Below are positions 30,869-40,879 of a stretch of 64,000 nt of DNA, one piece after another. The translations under genes and the position numbers were made by a program. How positions within the stretch are numbered: the stretch's first letter is position 1; each line of letters opens with the position of its first letter. Below the pieces are notes generated by a model that was not told the origin of the DNA, ran no database searches, and was given only the letters and a program-made list of their open reading frames with translations. Source of the DNA: Candidatus Latescibacterota bacterium. Its GTDB lineage: Bacteria; Latescibacterota; UBA2968; UBA8231. Location of the stretch: contig OZ220090.1 in assembly GCA_964291625.2 (NCBI GenBank), forward strand, positions 832,001-896,000, in the 5' to 3' direction.

Positions 30869-32109
30869 TGACCGATCCCGCCCTCAACCGCACGCGCTCG
30901 GCGCCGGGACGGCTGGAGCTGAGCGTCGGCCCCGGCGGCGACCTGGAGGGCCGCGACGACCGGGTGCTGCAGGCCGGCGCCGACTACCTGGCGCGCCTCG
31001 GCGGCGGGGTGCTGCGGGTCCTGCCCGCCACCTACCAGATGCGCAACGCCCTCTACCTGCGGCCGGGGGTGAGCCTGCGCGGCGCCGGCGAGGCCACGGT
31101 GCTGCGCAAGACAGCGAGCGGCTCCACCCCCCTGAGGCGCGACTCCGACTGGTACGAGAACCGGGTCACCGTCGAGGACCCCTCCCCCTTCCGGCCCGGG
31201 TACGGCATCATGCTGCGCTCGTACGACGACGGCGGCAGCCTGCGCGAGGTGGTGCGCGACACCGTGGTCGACGTGGACGGGTCCGAGCTGACCCTCTCGC
31301 GGCGGCTGCTGAAGAACTACTGGCTCGAGAACCGGGCCACGGCGGCTACCCTCTTCCCCATCGTCACCGCCGAGGAGGGGGTCTGCGACGTCACCGTGGA
31401 GGACGTGGTTCTCGACGGCAACCTCGACGAGAACGAGGAGATCAACGGCAACTACGCCGGCGCCGTCTTCATCCAGCAGTGCCACCGCTGGAGCTTCCGC
31501 GGCGTCACCGCCCGCGGCTACCACGGCGACGGATTCAGCTTCCAGGTCTGCGACGACGTGAGCTTCGAGGACTGCCGCTCCCTCGACAACGCCAACCTCG
31601 GCTTCCACCCCGGATCCGGGTCGCAGCGGCCCCTCTTCCGCAACTGCGAGGCCCGGGGCAACGCCCAGGGGATCTTCTTCTGCTGGGGGGTCACCGACGG
31701 CCGGGTCGAGGGCTGCACCAGCAGCGACAACCGCGACTACGGCATCAGCATCGGCCACCGCGACACCGACAACCGGCTGACGGGCACCCTCTTCGAGGGC
31801 AATCACCGCGTCGGCCTGCTCTTCCGCGAGGGCTCCTCCGGGTACCGCGGCGGCCACCGCAACCTCGTAGAGGAGTGCCGGTTCGTCGACAACGGCTTCG
31901 CCGCCGAGGGCGTGGCCGTGGACATTCGCGGCGAAACCCTCGACACCGGGATCCGGGACTGCCGCTTCGAGGCGGGGGCGGAGGGACGCCAGCGCATCGG
32001 CATCCGCATCGGCGCCGACGCCCGGGGCACCCGCCTCTCGGGGAACTCCTTCGAGGGGCTGGTGGAGGACGTGGCCGGAGGCCCGGTGGAGCCCGACCCG
32101 GGCGCCTGA
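30868..32109 (+). CDS. Right-handed parallel beta-helix (pectin lyase-like) protein
   Basis: LQAGADYL..GGGVL, LRGAG, LDGN and repeated xxxNxxxG coils; TGATG overlap. Confidence 0.8.
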   Translation: MTDPALNRTRSAPGRLELSVGPGGDLEGRDDRVLQAGADYLARLGGGVLRVLPATYQMRNALYLRPGVSLRGAGEATVLRKTASGSTPLRRDSDWYENRVTVEDPSPFRPGYGIMLRSYDDGGSLREVVRDTVVDVDGSELTLSRRLLKNYWLENRATAATLFPIVTAEEGVCDVTVEDVVLDGNLDENEEINGNYAGAVFIQQCHRWSFRGVTARGYHGDGFSFQVCDDVSFEDCRSLDNANLGFHPGSGSQRPLFRNCEARGNAQGIFFCWGVTDGRVEGCTSSDNRDYGISIGHRDTDNRLTGTLFEGNHRVGLLFREGSSGYRGGHRNLVEECRFVDNGFAAEGVAVDIRGETLDTGIRDCRFEAGAEGRQRIGIRIGADARGTRLSGNSFEGLVEDVAGGPVEPDPGA

Positions 32110-32112
32110 CCG

Positions 32113-33525
32113 TTGGAGCGCTTCCTCCTCGTCGACTTCGGCACGACGAGCACCAAGTCGGCCCTCCTGCAGCTGGACAGTGGACGCTTCGAGCGCCTGC
32201 GCCGGCACCCGGCCCTGGCCGCCGTCCCCGGGCCGGCCGGGCATCACGAGGTACCGCTGGCCGCCATCCGCGAGCGCTTTCGCGATCTGTGCGCCGAGGC
32301 CTGGTCCGCTTCGGACGGCGGTTTCGAGGGCATCGTCCTGTGCAGCGAGATGCACGGCTTCGCCCTCCTGCACCCCCGGACCCGCGAGCCCCTCACCCGG
32401 TACGTCTCCTGGCTCGACGGCCGCTCCCTGGAGAGGGTGGAAGGACACAGCTCCTTCGACCTGGTGGCCGCCCACCTCGGGGACGACTTCCGGCGCCTCA
32501 CGGGCATGCGGCCTCGGCCCGGGTTCCCGCTGATCAACCTCGTCCACTGCGCGCGCACGATGGACCTCCCTCCCGAGGCGGAGATCGTCTCCCTGCCCGG
32601 CTGGCTCTGCGGCGCCGGGGCGGGCGGTCCTCCGCCGGAGCACCCGACCATCCTGGCGGGGATGGCCCTCTACGACGTGTCCCGGCAGGAGATCGCACCG
32701 GAGCTGCTGGAGACGGCGCGGGAGCTTGGCGCCGTGTCGCCGATCCCGGGCGAGCCCTGCTCCGAGGAGACCGTCGCCGGATACTGGACCGGCCCCCGGG
32801 GTCCGGTGCCGATCTACGCCGGCGTGGGAGACCACCAGTGCTCGGTGCTCGGCGCCGGCGTGGTCGAGGGGAGGACGGCCTCCGTCAACCTCGGCACCGG
32901 AAGCCAGGTCGCCGTGCCGGGGGCCCCGCGGGATCAGGCCTTCGAGCACCGTCCCTTCTTCGACGGCCTCGACCTGACCGCCGTCACCCACATCCCGGCG
33001 GGCCGGGCCCTCGCCGAGTTCGTCGGCTTCCTGGAGAAGGTTTCGGAGCGCTCGGCGCCCTCCGGCGGCGGCTCCGGACCGGACTGGTGGGCGGAGCTGG
33101 CCGCCCTCGGCGCCGGAGACGTGGAGGCCGCCACCCTGGAGGTGGACCTGGCCGTCTTCGAGGGGGCCCGGGGTTTCCGGTCGGGGGGCGGCATCGGCGG
33201 TCTGCTCGAGGGCGGCCTGACCCCGGAGAACTACCTCGCCTCCGTGCTGCGCGCCTTCGTGACCCAGTACGCCGAGGTCCTGGACCAGCTGGACCCCGGC
33301 CGGCGCCTGGAGGAGGTCGCCCTCGGCGGCGGCATCGCCCGCAACCTGCCCCACCTGGCGGAGCTGCTGTCGCGGGCCTCGGGGCGGACCGTGCGCGGGG
33401 CCTGCGCCCTCGACGAGTCCCTCCTGGGCCTGCGGGCCCTCGCCCTGCGCTGCGCCGGACGGGTCCCGACGGCGGCGGAGGCCTGGCGGCTCCACGGGCG
33501 CAACTGCGAGATCGTGGATGGGTGA
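32113..33525 (+). CDS. FGGY-family carbohydrate kinase (sedoheptulokinase-like)
   Basis: VDFGTTSTK, SEMHG, SWLDGR, GDHQCS, VNLGTGSQV, HIPAGR, GGG. Confidence 0.8.
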   Translation: MERFLLVDFGTTSTKSALLQLDSGRFERLRRHPALAAVPGPAGHHEVPLAAIRERFRDLCAEAWSASDGGFEGIVLCSEMHGFALLHPRTREPLTRYVSWLDGRSLERVEGHSSFDLVAAHLGDDFRRLTGMRPRPGFPLINLVHCARTMDLPPEAEIVSLPGWLCGAGAGGPPPEHPTILAGMALYDVSRQEIAPELLETARELGAVSPIPGEPCSEETVAGYWTGPRGPVPIYAGVGDHQCSVLGAGVVEGRTASVNLGTGSQVAVPGAPRDQAFEHRPFFDGLDLTAVTHIPAGRALAEFVGFLEKVSERSAPSGGGSGPDWWAELAALGAGDVEAATLEVDLAVFEGARGFRSGGGIGGLLEGGLTPENYLASVLRAFVTQYAEVLDQLDPGRRLEEVALGGGIARNLPHLAELLSRASGRTVRGACALDESLLGLRALALRCAGRVPTAAEAWRLHGRNCEIVDG

Positions 33526-33561
33526 AATGAGCACGAACCGCCGTGACGAGAGCAGGCGCCC

Positions 33562-33936
33562 ATGCCTCTGATCGAGGTGGAGGTCGTCGCCGACGACCAG
33601 CTGGGCCCGACCCTGGCCCCGAGGCTGGCCGAAGCGGCCGGCGGTGCGCTGGACGCACCCGCAGGACAGACATGGGTGCGCCTGCGCCGGTTGACGACCG
33701 CCTCCTACGCCGAGAGCGGCGGCGGGCCTCCCTCCGGCGTGCGGCCGGTCTTCGTCCAGGTCCTGCTGGCCCGGCTGCCCGACGAGGCGGCCCTGGCTCG
33801 ACAGGCGGCCGCCCTGAGCGCGGCGGTCGCCGAGGTCTGCGGCCGCCCCGCCGATCACGTGCACGTGGTGTTCTCGCCCGCGGGGACCGGCCGCGTCGCC
33901 TTCGGCGGACGGCTCCTGCGAGGGGATGGAGAGTAG
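33562..33936 (+). CDS. Tautomerase/MIF superfamily protein
   Basis: N-terminal Pro (MPLIEV), double beta-alpha-beta pattern, GRVAFGG. Confidence 0.72.
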   Translation: MPLIEVEVVADDQLGPTLAPRLAEAAGGALDAPAGQTWVRLRRLTTASYAESGGGPPSGVRPVFVQVLLARLPDEAALARQAAALSAAVAEVCGRPADHVHVVFSPAGTGRVAFGGRLLRGDGE

Positions 33937-33951
33937 CGCTCGCTGGCGGGG

Positions 33952-34685
33952 CTAGGCTTCCGCCGAGCGCGCGAAGAGCCAGGCGCCTACGGCCATGTAG
34001 GCGAGACCCACGGCGCAGGTCACGGCCAGGGAGGCGATCAATTCGGCGTATCCGACGCCCAGGCCCGTGAGCGGGTCCCATCTCACGATCTCGGAAATCC
34101 CCGAGTCGGGCAGTACCAGGGCCTTGGCCCTGGAATGGAACCAGGTCCCGGACAGGACCACGGCGGCCGACGCCAGCCCCTTGAAGCGCGGCACCAGGAG
34201 CCGGACCACGGCGGCGACGCAGGCGAGGCTGGAGACGAACACCAGGAGTCCGAAGTAGAGGGCCGCCGCCGTCGCCCAGGCGACAACGGGGTCGATGGCC
34301 GGCATGGGGTCCATGTAGGTGGAGCCGAGGAGGAGCTCGTGGATCCCCGGCAGGGCCAGGCCGCCCGCCAGGAAGAGGGCCGCCCCCAGGCTGACGTGGG
34401 CGGCCACCTTGGCCAGCAGCGGCCAGGCGCGGCCCACGGGCAGCGACAGCAGCTGGTAGTGGGTGCCCATGCGCCACTCGCGGGTCACCGACTTGACGAG
34501 CAGGGCCGGCAGAATGAAGGCGCTCGCCCCGATGAGCAGCACCAGCCCCAGGAGCGCCAGCGCCATCGTGGCCGAGGGCCCCACGGCGGCCGCGTAGAGT
34601 CCGATCCCGGCGGTCGAGGCCAAGGCGAAGACGGCTACCAGCCGCAGCTCCTTCAACTCCTTCACATACAGCGCGGCCAGGGGGC

Positions 34686-34689
<4 letters not shown>
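33952..34689 (-). CDS. ABC-2 type exporter permease
   Basis: LYVKELK, REWxxGT..LLSLPV...LLAK, about 6 TM segments; GTGA overlap with ATPase stop. Confidence 0.8.
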
Positions 34690-35375
<686 letters not shown>

Positions 35376-35489
35376 CCCGTCCCTCCTGCCATGGAGAGAG
35401 GAACGCCGCCGGGCCCGGAGGTTGTCAAGGCCCGGCCCCGTGCGCTTAGGTGAAGCAATCCACACGAACCCGCAGCGGAGGACGAACCG

Positions 35490-36713
35490 ATGAAGATCAC
35501 GGATATCGAGGTCATCCCCATCGCCATGCCCCTGGCCGCCCGCTACGGCGACGCCGCCGGCCGGGTGCGCATGGGGGGCATCGACGACCACGTGGTGGTC
35601 AAGGTCCACACCGACAACGGCCTGACCGGGTACGGCGACTACGAGGACGTGCCCCACATCGACGAGTCGGTGATCCAGTCCCTCATCGGGCGCAGCCCCT
35701 TCGACTTCATCAACAACGACCTCAACCTGGCCCTCGGCATGGCCCTCTACGACGTGATGGGAAAGTACCTGGAGGTGCCGGCCTACAAGCTGATCGGCCA
35801 GAAGCTGCGCGACGCCGTTCCCTGCGCCGCCTGGACGCGGCCGTGCCCGCCCGAGGTCTTCGCCGGCGAGGTCCGGCGCTCGGCCGAGCAGGGCTACCGG
35901 GTCTTCAAGATGCACTCCAACGCCCGCTATGACGTGATCGAGCAGACCCGGGCCGCCGCCGACGCGGTACCGGCAGGCTTCAAGCTGCACTGGGACTTCA
36001 ACCACAACCGCAGCCCGGGGGTGGTGCTGCCCATCCTCGCCGAGATGGAACGGGACCACTCCCACATCGTAGGCTTCGTCGAGGACCCCCTTCCCTGGCA
36101 GGACGTCGACGGCTGGGCGAGACTGCGCGCCAAGTCGAAGATCCCCCTGATCATGCACGTGCCCCAGCTCGGCGGCATCCAGGAGGTCATGGCCGGGGCC
36201 GCCGACATCTACATGACCGGCGGCGCCATCGGCCGCACCCTGCAGGACGGCTTCGCCTACGGCCGGGCCAACGTGCAGGTCCTGATCCAGCAGTCGGGTG
36301 GAGCCCTGATGAAGGCCCTCACCCTGCACCAGGCCGCGGTGCTGCCCACGGCCACGGCCCACGTCATCACCCTGGACGACCAGTACGAGCGCGACATCGC
36401 GGCACCGGTGGCCGTGGACGAGGGCTTCTCCCGCGTCCCCGAAGCGCCGGGCCTCGGCCTGGAGGTGGACGACGACGCCATCGCCGAGTTCGCCCGCGGC
36501 GAGCGCCTGCGGCGGGTGGAGTACATCGGCGTCCTGACCCTGCCCGGCGGCAGGCGGATGTTCACGAAGGGATCGCCGGGCGTGCAGCAGCTCACCGGCT
36601 TCGAGGAGGGCGCCCTGCCGGGGATCGGCTTCGAGTACTGGGAGGACGACGGCAGCGAGGAGTACCGCGAGGCCCGGGCCCGTCTCGACGCCGAGGAGAC
36701 CTACATGGTCTGA
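35490..36713 (+). CDS. Mandelate racemase/muconate lactonizing enzyme (enolase superfamily)
   Basis: TDNGLTGYG, ALYDVMGK, FKMH, WDFN, VEDP, PEAPGLG; GGAGG RBS. Confidence 0.85.
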   Translation: MKITDIEVIPIAMPLAARYGDAAGRVRMGGIDDHVVVKVHTDNGLTGYGDYEDVPHIDESVIQSLIGRSPFDFINNDLNLALGMALYDVMGKYLEVPAYKLIGQKLRDAVPCAAWTRPCPPEVFAGEVRRSAEQGYRVFKMHSNARYDVIEQTRAAADAVPAGFKLHWDFNHNRSPGVVLPILAEMERDHSHIVGFVEDPLPWQDVDGWARLRAKSKIPLIMHVPQLGGIQEVMAGAADIYMTGGAIGRTLQDGFAYGRANVQVLIQQSGGALMKALTLHQAAVLPTATAHVITLDDQYERDIAAPVAVDEGFSRVPEAPGLGLEVDDDAIAEFARGERLRRVEYIGVLTLPGGRRMFTKGSPGVQQLTGFEEGALPGIGFEYWEDDGSEEYREARARLDAEETYMV

Positions 36714-36723
36714 GGAGGGGGCG

Positions 36724-36876
36724 GGTCGGTCAGCGGCGATGAGCCATGCCCGCACCCGCTCGACGCCCCCACATGGCCCGCCGCCCGAGAAGAGCGACCG
36801 TCAGCGGCGGCGGGCGGTGCCAACGGCCGCGACGGCCCCCGTGGTCCGAGCCCGAGCGACCGTCAGCGGCGGCGGG
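36724..36876. repeat. Three echoes of the dehydrogenase 3' end (23-bp perfect repeat x2 plus one degenerate copy)
   Basis: gagcgaccgtcagcggcggcggg at 36792-36814 and 36854-36876; gtcagcggcg at 36729. Confidence 0.8.
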
Positions 36877-37858
36877 TCAGCCAGGCCTTCACCCGCGGGT
36901 GGTGGAGGACCTCCGGCCGCAGCACGTCCTCCGGCTCGCGGCCGTGGATGACGTCGGTGACCTGCTCGAAGGTGCGCGTGTCCAGCCGCCGCACCGACTC
37001 GACGGTGATGCCGCCGTTGTGGTTGGTGCAGATGATCCGCGGGTGGTCCTTGTGCACGGCGCGGGTGTCGTTCACGGGATCGTCGACGACGTAGTAGGTC
37101 AGACAGCCCTCCTCCACGGCGCGCAGGGCGTTGTCGTCGCAGACGAGGTTGCCCCGCGACGGGTTGATCAGCGACGCGTGGGGGCGCATCGCCTTCAACT
37201 GCTCGTAGCGGACGATGGTGTCGTCCCCCGAGACGTGGAGGCTCACCGTGTCGCTCTCCTCGAAGAGGCGCATGGGATCGTCCACGGCCTCGGCGCCGAG
37301 GCGGGCGGCGACCTCGTCGATGTCGGGGCGCACGTCGTAGACCAGCAGACGGCCCGAGTCGCCCAGGAGGGGTCGGGCGCGCAGGGCCACCTCCTGGCCG
37401 ATGCGGCCGAAGCCATAGAGGCCGAGGGTGGAGCCCCGGGCCTCGTATGTGGGGATGATGGTGAAGTCGCCGGCGTGGGACATGCGGTTGAGGGTCCAGG
37501 TCCGCTTCAGGGTCGCCATCCACTGGGCGATGGTGTACTCGGCGACGGTGTCCATGTGCACGGGGGTGATCGTCACCGGCACGCCGAGCTCGGTGGCCAC
37601 GTCGATCTGGACCTTGTCGTAGCCGACCCCCCAGCGGGCGATGAGGCGCAGGTCGGTGCCGCGCTCGTAGAACTCGCGGTGCACGAGGTTGGAGTTGGCG
37701 ATGACGGCGACGACGCCGCCGGCCATGTCGCCGGTGAGCTCGGAGTCGTATTCGACGAGTTCGGCGATCTCCCCCAGCTTCGCCAGGCCGGCGCGCCTGT
37801 GGTCGGAGGCGAAGGCCTCGTTGCGGAAGATCGTCGCCAGCAGGACCCTCGGTTTCAT
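36863..37858 (-). CDS. D-isomer-specific 2-hydroxyacid dehydrogenase
   Basis: RWGVGYD, VAEY, GFGRIG, YD, SLH, INPSRG, TNHNGG; AAGGAG RBS and TATACT upstream. Confidence 0.88.
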   Translation of the reverse strand: MKPRVLLATIFRNEAFASDHRRAGLAKLGEIAELVEYDSELTGDMAGGVVAVIANSNLVHREFYERGTDLRLIARWGVGYDKVQIDVATELGVPVTITPVHMDTVAEYTIAQWMATLKRTWTLNRMSHAGDFTIIPTYEARGSTLGLYGFGRIGQEVALRARPLLGDSGRLLVYDVRPDIDEVAARLGAEAVDDPMRLFEESDTVSLHVSGDDTIVRYEQLKAMRPHASLINPSRGNLVCDDNALRAVEEGCLTYYVVDDPVNDTRAVHKDHPRIICTNHNGGITVESVRRLDTRTFEQVTDVIHGREPEDVLRPEVLHHPRVKAWLTRRR

Positions 37859-37945
37859 GGCCTCTCCTTTCGCGTCGATAGTATAGGCCGCCCTCCCGCG
37901 GGCGGCTTGTGAGTCCCAGCCGGGCTTCGCACCTTTGCCGAGGTC

Positions 37946-39103
37946 ATGACCCCCTACCACCTCCTGCGCCCGCTCCTCTTCCGCTTCGACGCCGAGAGGG
38001 CCCACGGAGCGGCCCTGGCCGCGGCTTCCGCCGTCGGCGCCGTCGCCCTCGGACGGGCCGCGCTGCGGTCGATCCACGGCTTCGAGGACGAGAGGCTGAC
38101 CACCGAGGTCGCCGGCCTGCGGTTCCCCAATCCCCTGGGCCTGGCGGCCGGCTTCGACAAGAACGGCCGCGCCGTGCGGGCCCTCGCCTGCCTGGGGCTG
38201 GGCCACGTGGAGATCGGCTCGGTCTCGGCCCGTCCGTCGCGGGGCAACCCCCGCCCGCGGCTGTTCCGCCTGCCCGCCGACGAGGCGATCGTCGTCAACT
38301 ACGGCGTTCCCAACGACGGCGCCGACGCCGTCTGCCGCCGCGTCGCCGACCGGCCGATCCCGGTGCCCCTCGGGGTGAACCTCGTGGAGACCAACAGCGG
38401 CCGGCCGGCCGCGGCCGACGAGGTGATCGCCGAGCTCGTCGAGGCCGCCCGCGCCTTCGCCGGGCCCGCCGACTACCTCACCCTCAACCTCAACTGTCCG
38501 AACACGACCGCCGGCGCCAGCCCCTTCGACGACCCCGCGGCCGTGGCCGCCCTGCTGGCGGAGCTGGCCGCCGTCGACGGTCTGCCTCCGGTCTTCCTGA
38601 AGGTCACGGCGCGGACCGATCCGCCCTTCATCGAGTCCCTCCTCGAGGCCGTCGACCCCTTCCCGCTGGTGGCCGGCTTCGTCTTCAACCTGCCGCCGGG
38701 CAAGGACTACTCCCTGCGCACGCCCGCGGCCGTGGTCGACCCCCTTCCCGGCACCCTGTGCGGACCACCGGCCCGGGGGCTCCTCGACGACGCGGTCCGG
38801 GCCTGGTACGGCCGCATCGACCGCCGCCGGCACCGCATCATCGGATCGGGGGGCATCGCCTCGGCCGAGGACGCCTGGCGCAAGATCCGCCTCGGGGCGT
38901 CGCTGCTGCAGCTCTACACGGGCCTCGTCTACCACGGCCCCGGCCTGGTGCGGCGCATCAACCGCGGCCTGGTGCGCCTGCTGGAGGCCGACGGCCTGAC
39001 CCATGTGAGCGAAGCCGTGGGGCTGGACAGCGCCTCCGCCCGCGGACCCCGGCCCTCCGGAGAGCCGGGGTCCGCGCGCCCCCTCGCTCCGGCCCGTCCA
39101 TGA
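37946..39103 (+). CDS. pyrD: Quinone-dependent dihydroorotate dehydrogenase (class 2)
   Basis: DAERAH, NPLGLAAGFDKNG, GNPRPRLFRL, LNLNCPNT, FLKV, GGI, LQLYTGLVYHGP. Confidence 0.88.
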   Translation: MTPYHLLRPLLFRFDAERAHGAALAAASAVGAVALGRAALRSIHGFEDERLTTEVAGLRFPNPLGLAAGFDKNGRAVRALACLGLGHVEIGSVSARPSRGNPRPRLFRLPADEAIVVNYGVPNDGADAVCRRVADRPIPVPLGVNLVETNSGRPAAADEVIAELVEAARAFAGPADYLTLNLNCPNTTAGASPFDDPAAVAALLAELAAVDGLPPVFLKVTARTDPPFIESLLEAVDPFPLVAGFVFNLPPGKDYSLRTPAAVVDPLPGTLCGPPARGLLDDAVRAWYGRIDRRRHRIIGSGGIASAEDAWRKIRLGASLLQLYTGLVYHGPGLVRRINRGLVRLLEADGLTHVSEAVGLDSASARGPRPSGEPGSARPLAPARP

Positions 39104-39376
39104 CGCCCACGGACCCGCCCTGGGGCCCGAAGCCGCTCGCGATCTGGCCGGCGGCCGGGTTGCGACCTCGGCAGAAGGATGGTCCGTGCAGCGTCGCCCC
39201 GGACCGCCGATGACCCCCGCCCGACCCGCCCTGTGCCTCGAGGCCGCGCCGGACCTGGCCAGCGGCCGGGCTGCGACCTCGGCAGAAGGGCGGTCCCCAT
39301 CACGCCTCGCCCCGGCCCGCCGGTGACCGCCCCCCTCCCCGCCCTGCGGCTCGAGGCCGCTCCCGACCTGGCCGGC
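39051..39376 (+). repeat. About 110-bp degenerate tandem triplication of the pyrD/PhyH gene junction
   Basis: (A/G)TGAC at 39100, 39210 and 39323, each preceded by tcgc.ccgg.ccg.c and followed by cccgccctg...cga.gccgc..ga.ctggcc; gcgacctcggcagaagg occurs twice exactly. Confidence 0.85.
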
Positions 39377-40132
39377 CGCGAGCGCGCCGTCCGCGAGCAG
39401 GGGTTCGCCTACCTGCCGGGCCTGCTCGACGCCGGCCGGATCGCCGCCCTGCGCGAGGCCATGGACCGCGCCGAGCCGCTGACGGAGAGCTTCGACCGCC
39501 TCGAGGAGCCGCCAGGGCACCCCTTCTACCACAAGGTCATCAACAACGCCTTCAACCGGGACCTCCTCTTCCTCTCCTACCTCGACTTCCCGGAGGTGAT
39601 CGAGCTGGCCGAGGCCCTCCACGGGGACGACTGCCACGTCATCGGCATGACCGCCTGGCTCACCGGTCCGGGGCGCCCGGACCAGGGCCTGCACGCCGAC
39701 TGGCAGCCCCTGACCCTGCCCGAGGACGTCATGGACGATCCCCGCGTCGAGATCCCCGTCTTCATCACCACCGCCCACTTCTACCTCGACGACCTGACCG
39801 AGGAGCTGGGGCCGACGGTCTTCGTGCCGGGCAGCCACCGCGCCGGACGGCCCCCCGACGGCGATCGGGCCTGGCGCGGGGTGGGTGAGCACAGTCTCCT
39901 GTGCGGCGCCGGCGACGTGGTCGTCTTCCGCTCCGAGGTCTGGCACCGGGGCACGGCCAACCGCGGCGACCGCGTCCGCTACCTGCTGCAGGTGCACTAC
40001 GCCCGGCGCATGATCACCCAGAAGTACCCGCCCTACCTGAACCGCTTCCGCTTCGACCCGGCCATCCTCGAGCAGGCGACGCCGCGCCAGCGCCGGCTGA
40101 TGGGCGACCACCGGCCGAGCAACTACGACTGA
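39323..40132 (+). CDS. Phytanoyl-CoA dioxygenase (PhyH) family Fe(II)/2-oxoglutarate oxygenase
   Basis: EQGF, LHADW (HxD), YLDD...GPT.FVPGSH, AGDVVVF, WHRG..N, R. Confidence 0.88.
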   Translation: MTAPLPALRLEAAPDLAGRERAVREQGFAYLPGLLDAGRIAALREAMDRAEPLTESFDRLEEPPGHPFYHKVINNAFNRDLLFLSYLDFPEVIELAEALHGDDCHVIGMTAWLTGPGRPDQGLHADWQPLTLPEDVMDDPRVEIPVFITTAHFYLDDLTEELGPTVFVPGSHRAGRPPDGDRAWRGVGEHSLLCGAGDVVVFRSEVWHRGTANRGDRVRYLLQVHYARRMITQKYPPYLNRFRFDPAILEQATPRQRRLMGDHRPSNYD

Positions 40133-40147
40133 ATCGACGGAGCTCTC

Positions 40148-40798
40148 ATGCACTCCTCCACCCTCCGCGGCACCGACTTCGCCCTGACCCTCGAGGGGGT
40201 CCCCGTCTCCCACGCCGAGTTCTTCGAGGGTTTCGCGCGCACCCGGCGCCTCGGGGTGGTCTGCCCCTCCCCCCTCGACGGCCTCGGCGCGGCGGCCCTG
40301 GTCATGGCCCACGTGACCGCCTTCTACGACGACTACCGCGCCGCGGGCGGTGAGTTCTTCGCCTACCCCGACTTCTTCACCCTCCAGCGCGCCCCCGCGA
40401 CCGCCAACTACTCCATGCTCGACATCTGGCCGAACCACAAGAACGTCTCCATCGGGCCGGCGCCGGGCGACTGCGTCGACGCCGTGACCGACCGTGCCGT
40501 CGACGTCCTGCTGGTGCCCGAGGGCGGGACCCGCGAGCACGAGCTGCAGCCGCAGCAGGACGCCGCCCTGCGACGGCTGGTGCGCGACTGCTACCTCTAC
40601 GGCCCGGGCGGTACCGTCGACGACCCGGACCTGACCGTCTCCTGTCCGCGGGACCCGGTGGCCGGGTGGATGGAGAGCGTCCGCTCCAGCCTCGACGGCG
40701 GCAACGGCGCCGGCGAGCCGGCCGAAGGGAACGGGTCCGGCGCCATCACCCAGTCCTTCCGCCGGCTTTCCCTCGACGGGGCCCTCCCCCATATCTGA
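40148..40798 (+). CDS. Hypothetical protein
   Basis: Strong GC3 codon bias, GGAG RBS, protein-like composition (FFAYPDFF, LDIWPNHK). Confidence 0.7.
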   Translation: MHSSTLRGTDFALTLEGVPVSHAEFFEGFARTRRLGVVCPSPLDGLGAAALVMAHVTAFYDDYRAAGGEFFAYPDFFTLQRAPATANYSMLDIWPNHKNVSIGPAPGDCVDAVTDRAVDVLLVPEGGTREHELQPQQDAALRRLVRDCYLYGPGGTVDDPDLTVSCPRDPVAGWMESVRSSLDGGNGAGEPAEGNGSGAITQSFRRLSLDGALPHI

Positions 40799-40879
40799 AG
40801 CGGTGGCGGCGACGGCGCCCGGCTGACTCCGGCGTCTTGCCTCGGTATCGGCCGGTACCCTATCTCGGTGGGCATGCCC

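Noticed and set aside
36724-36876. Mini-CRISPR array
   Set aside because: Only two exact copies, one overlapping a coding 3' end; unequal spacing, no leader and no cas genes.
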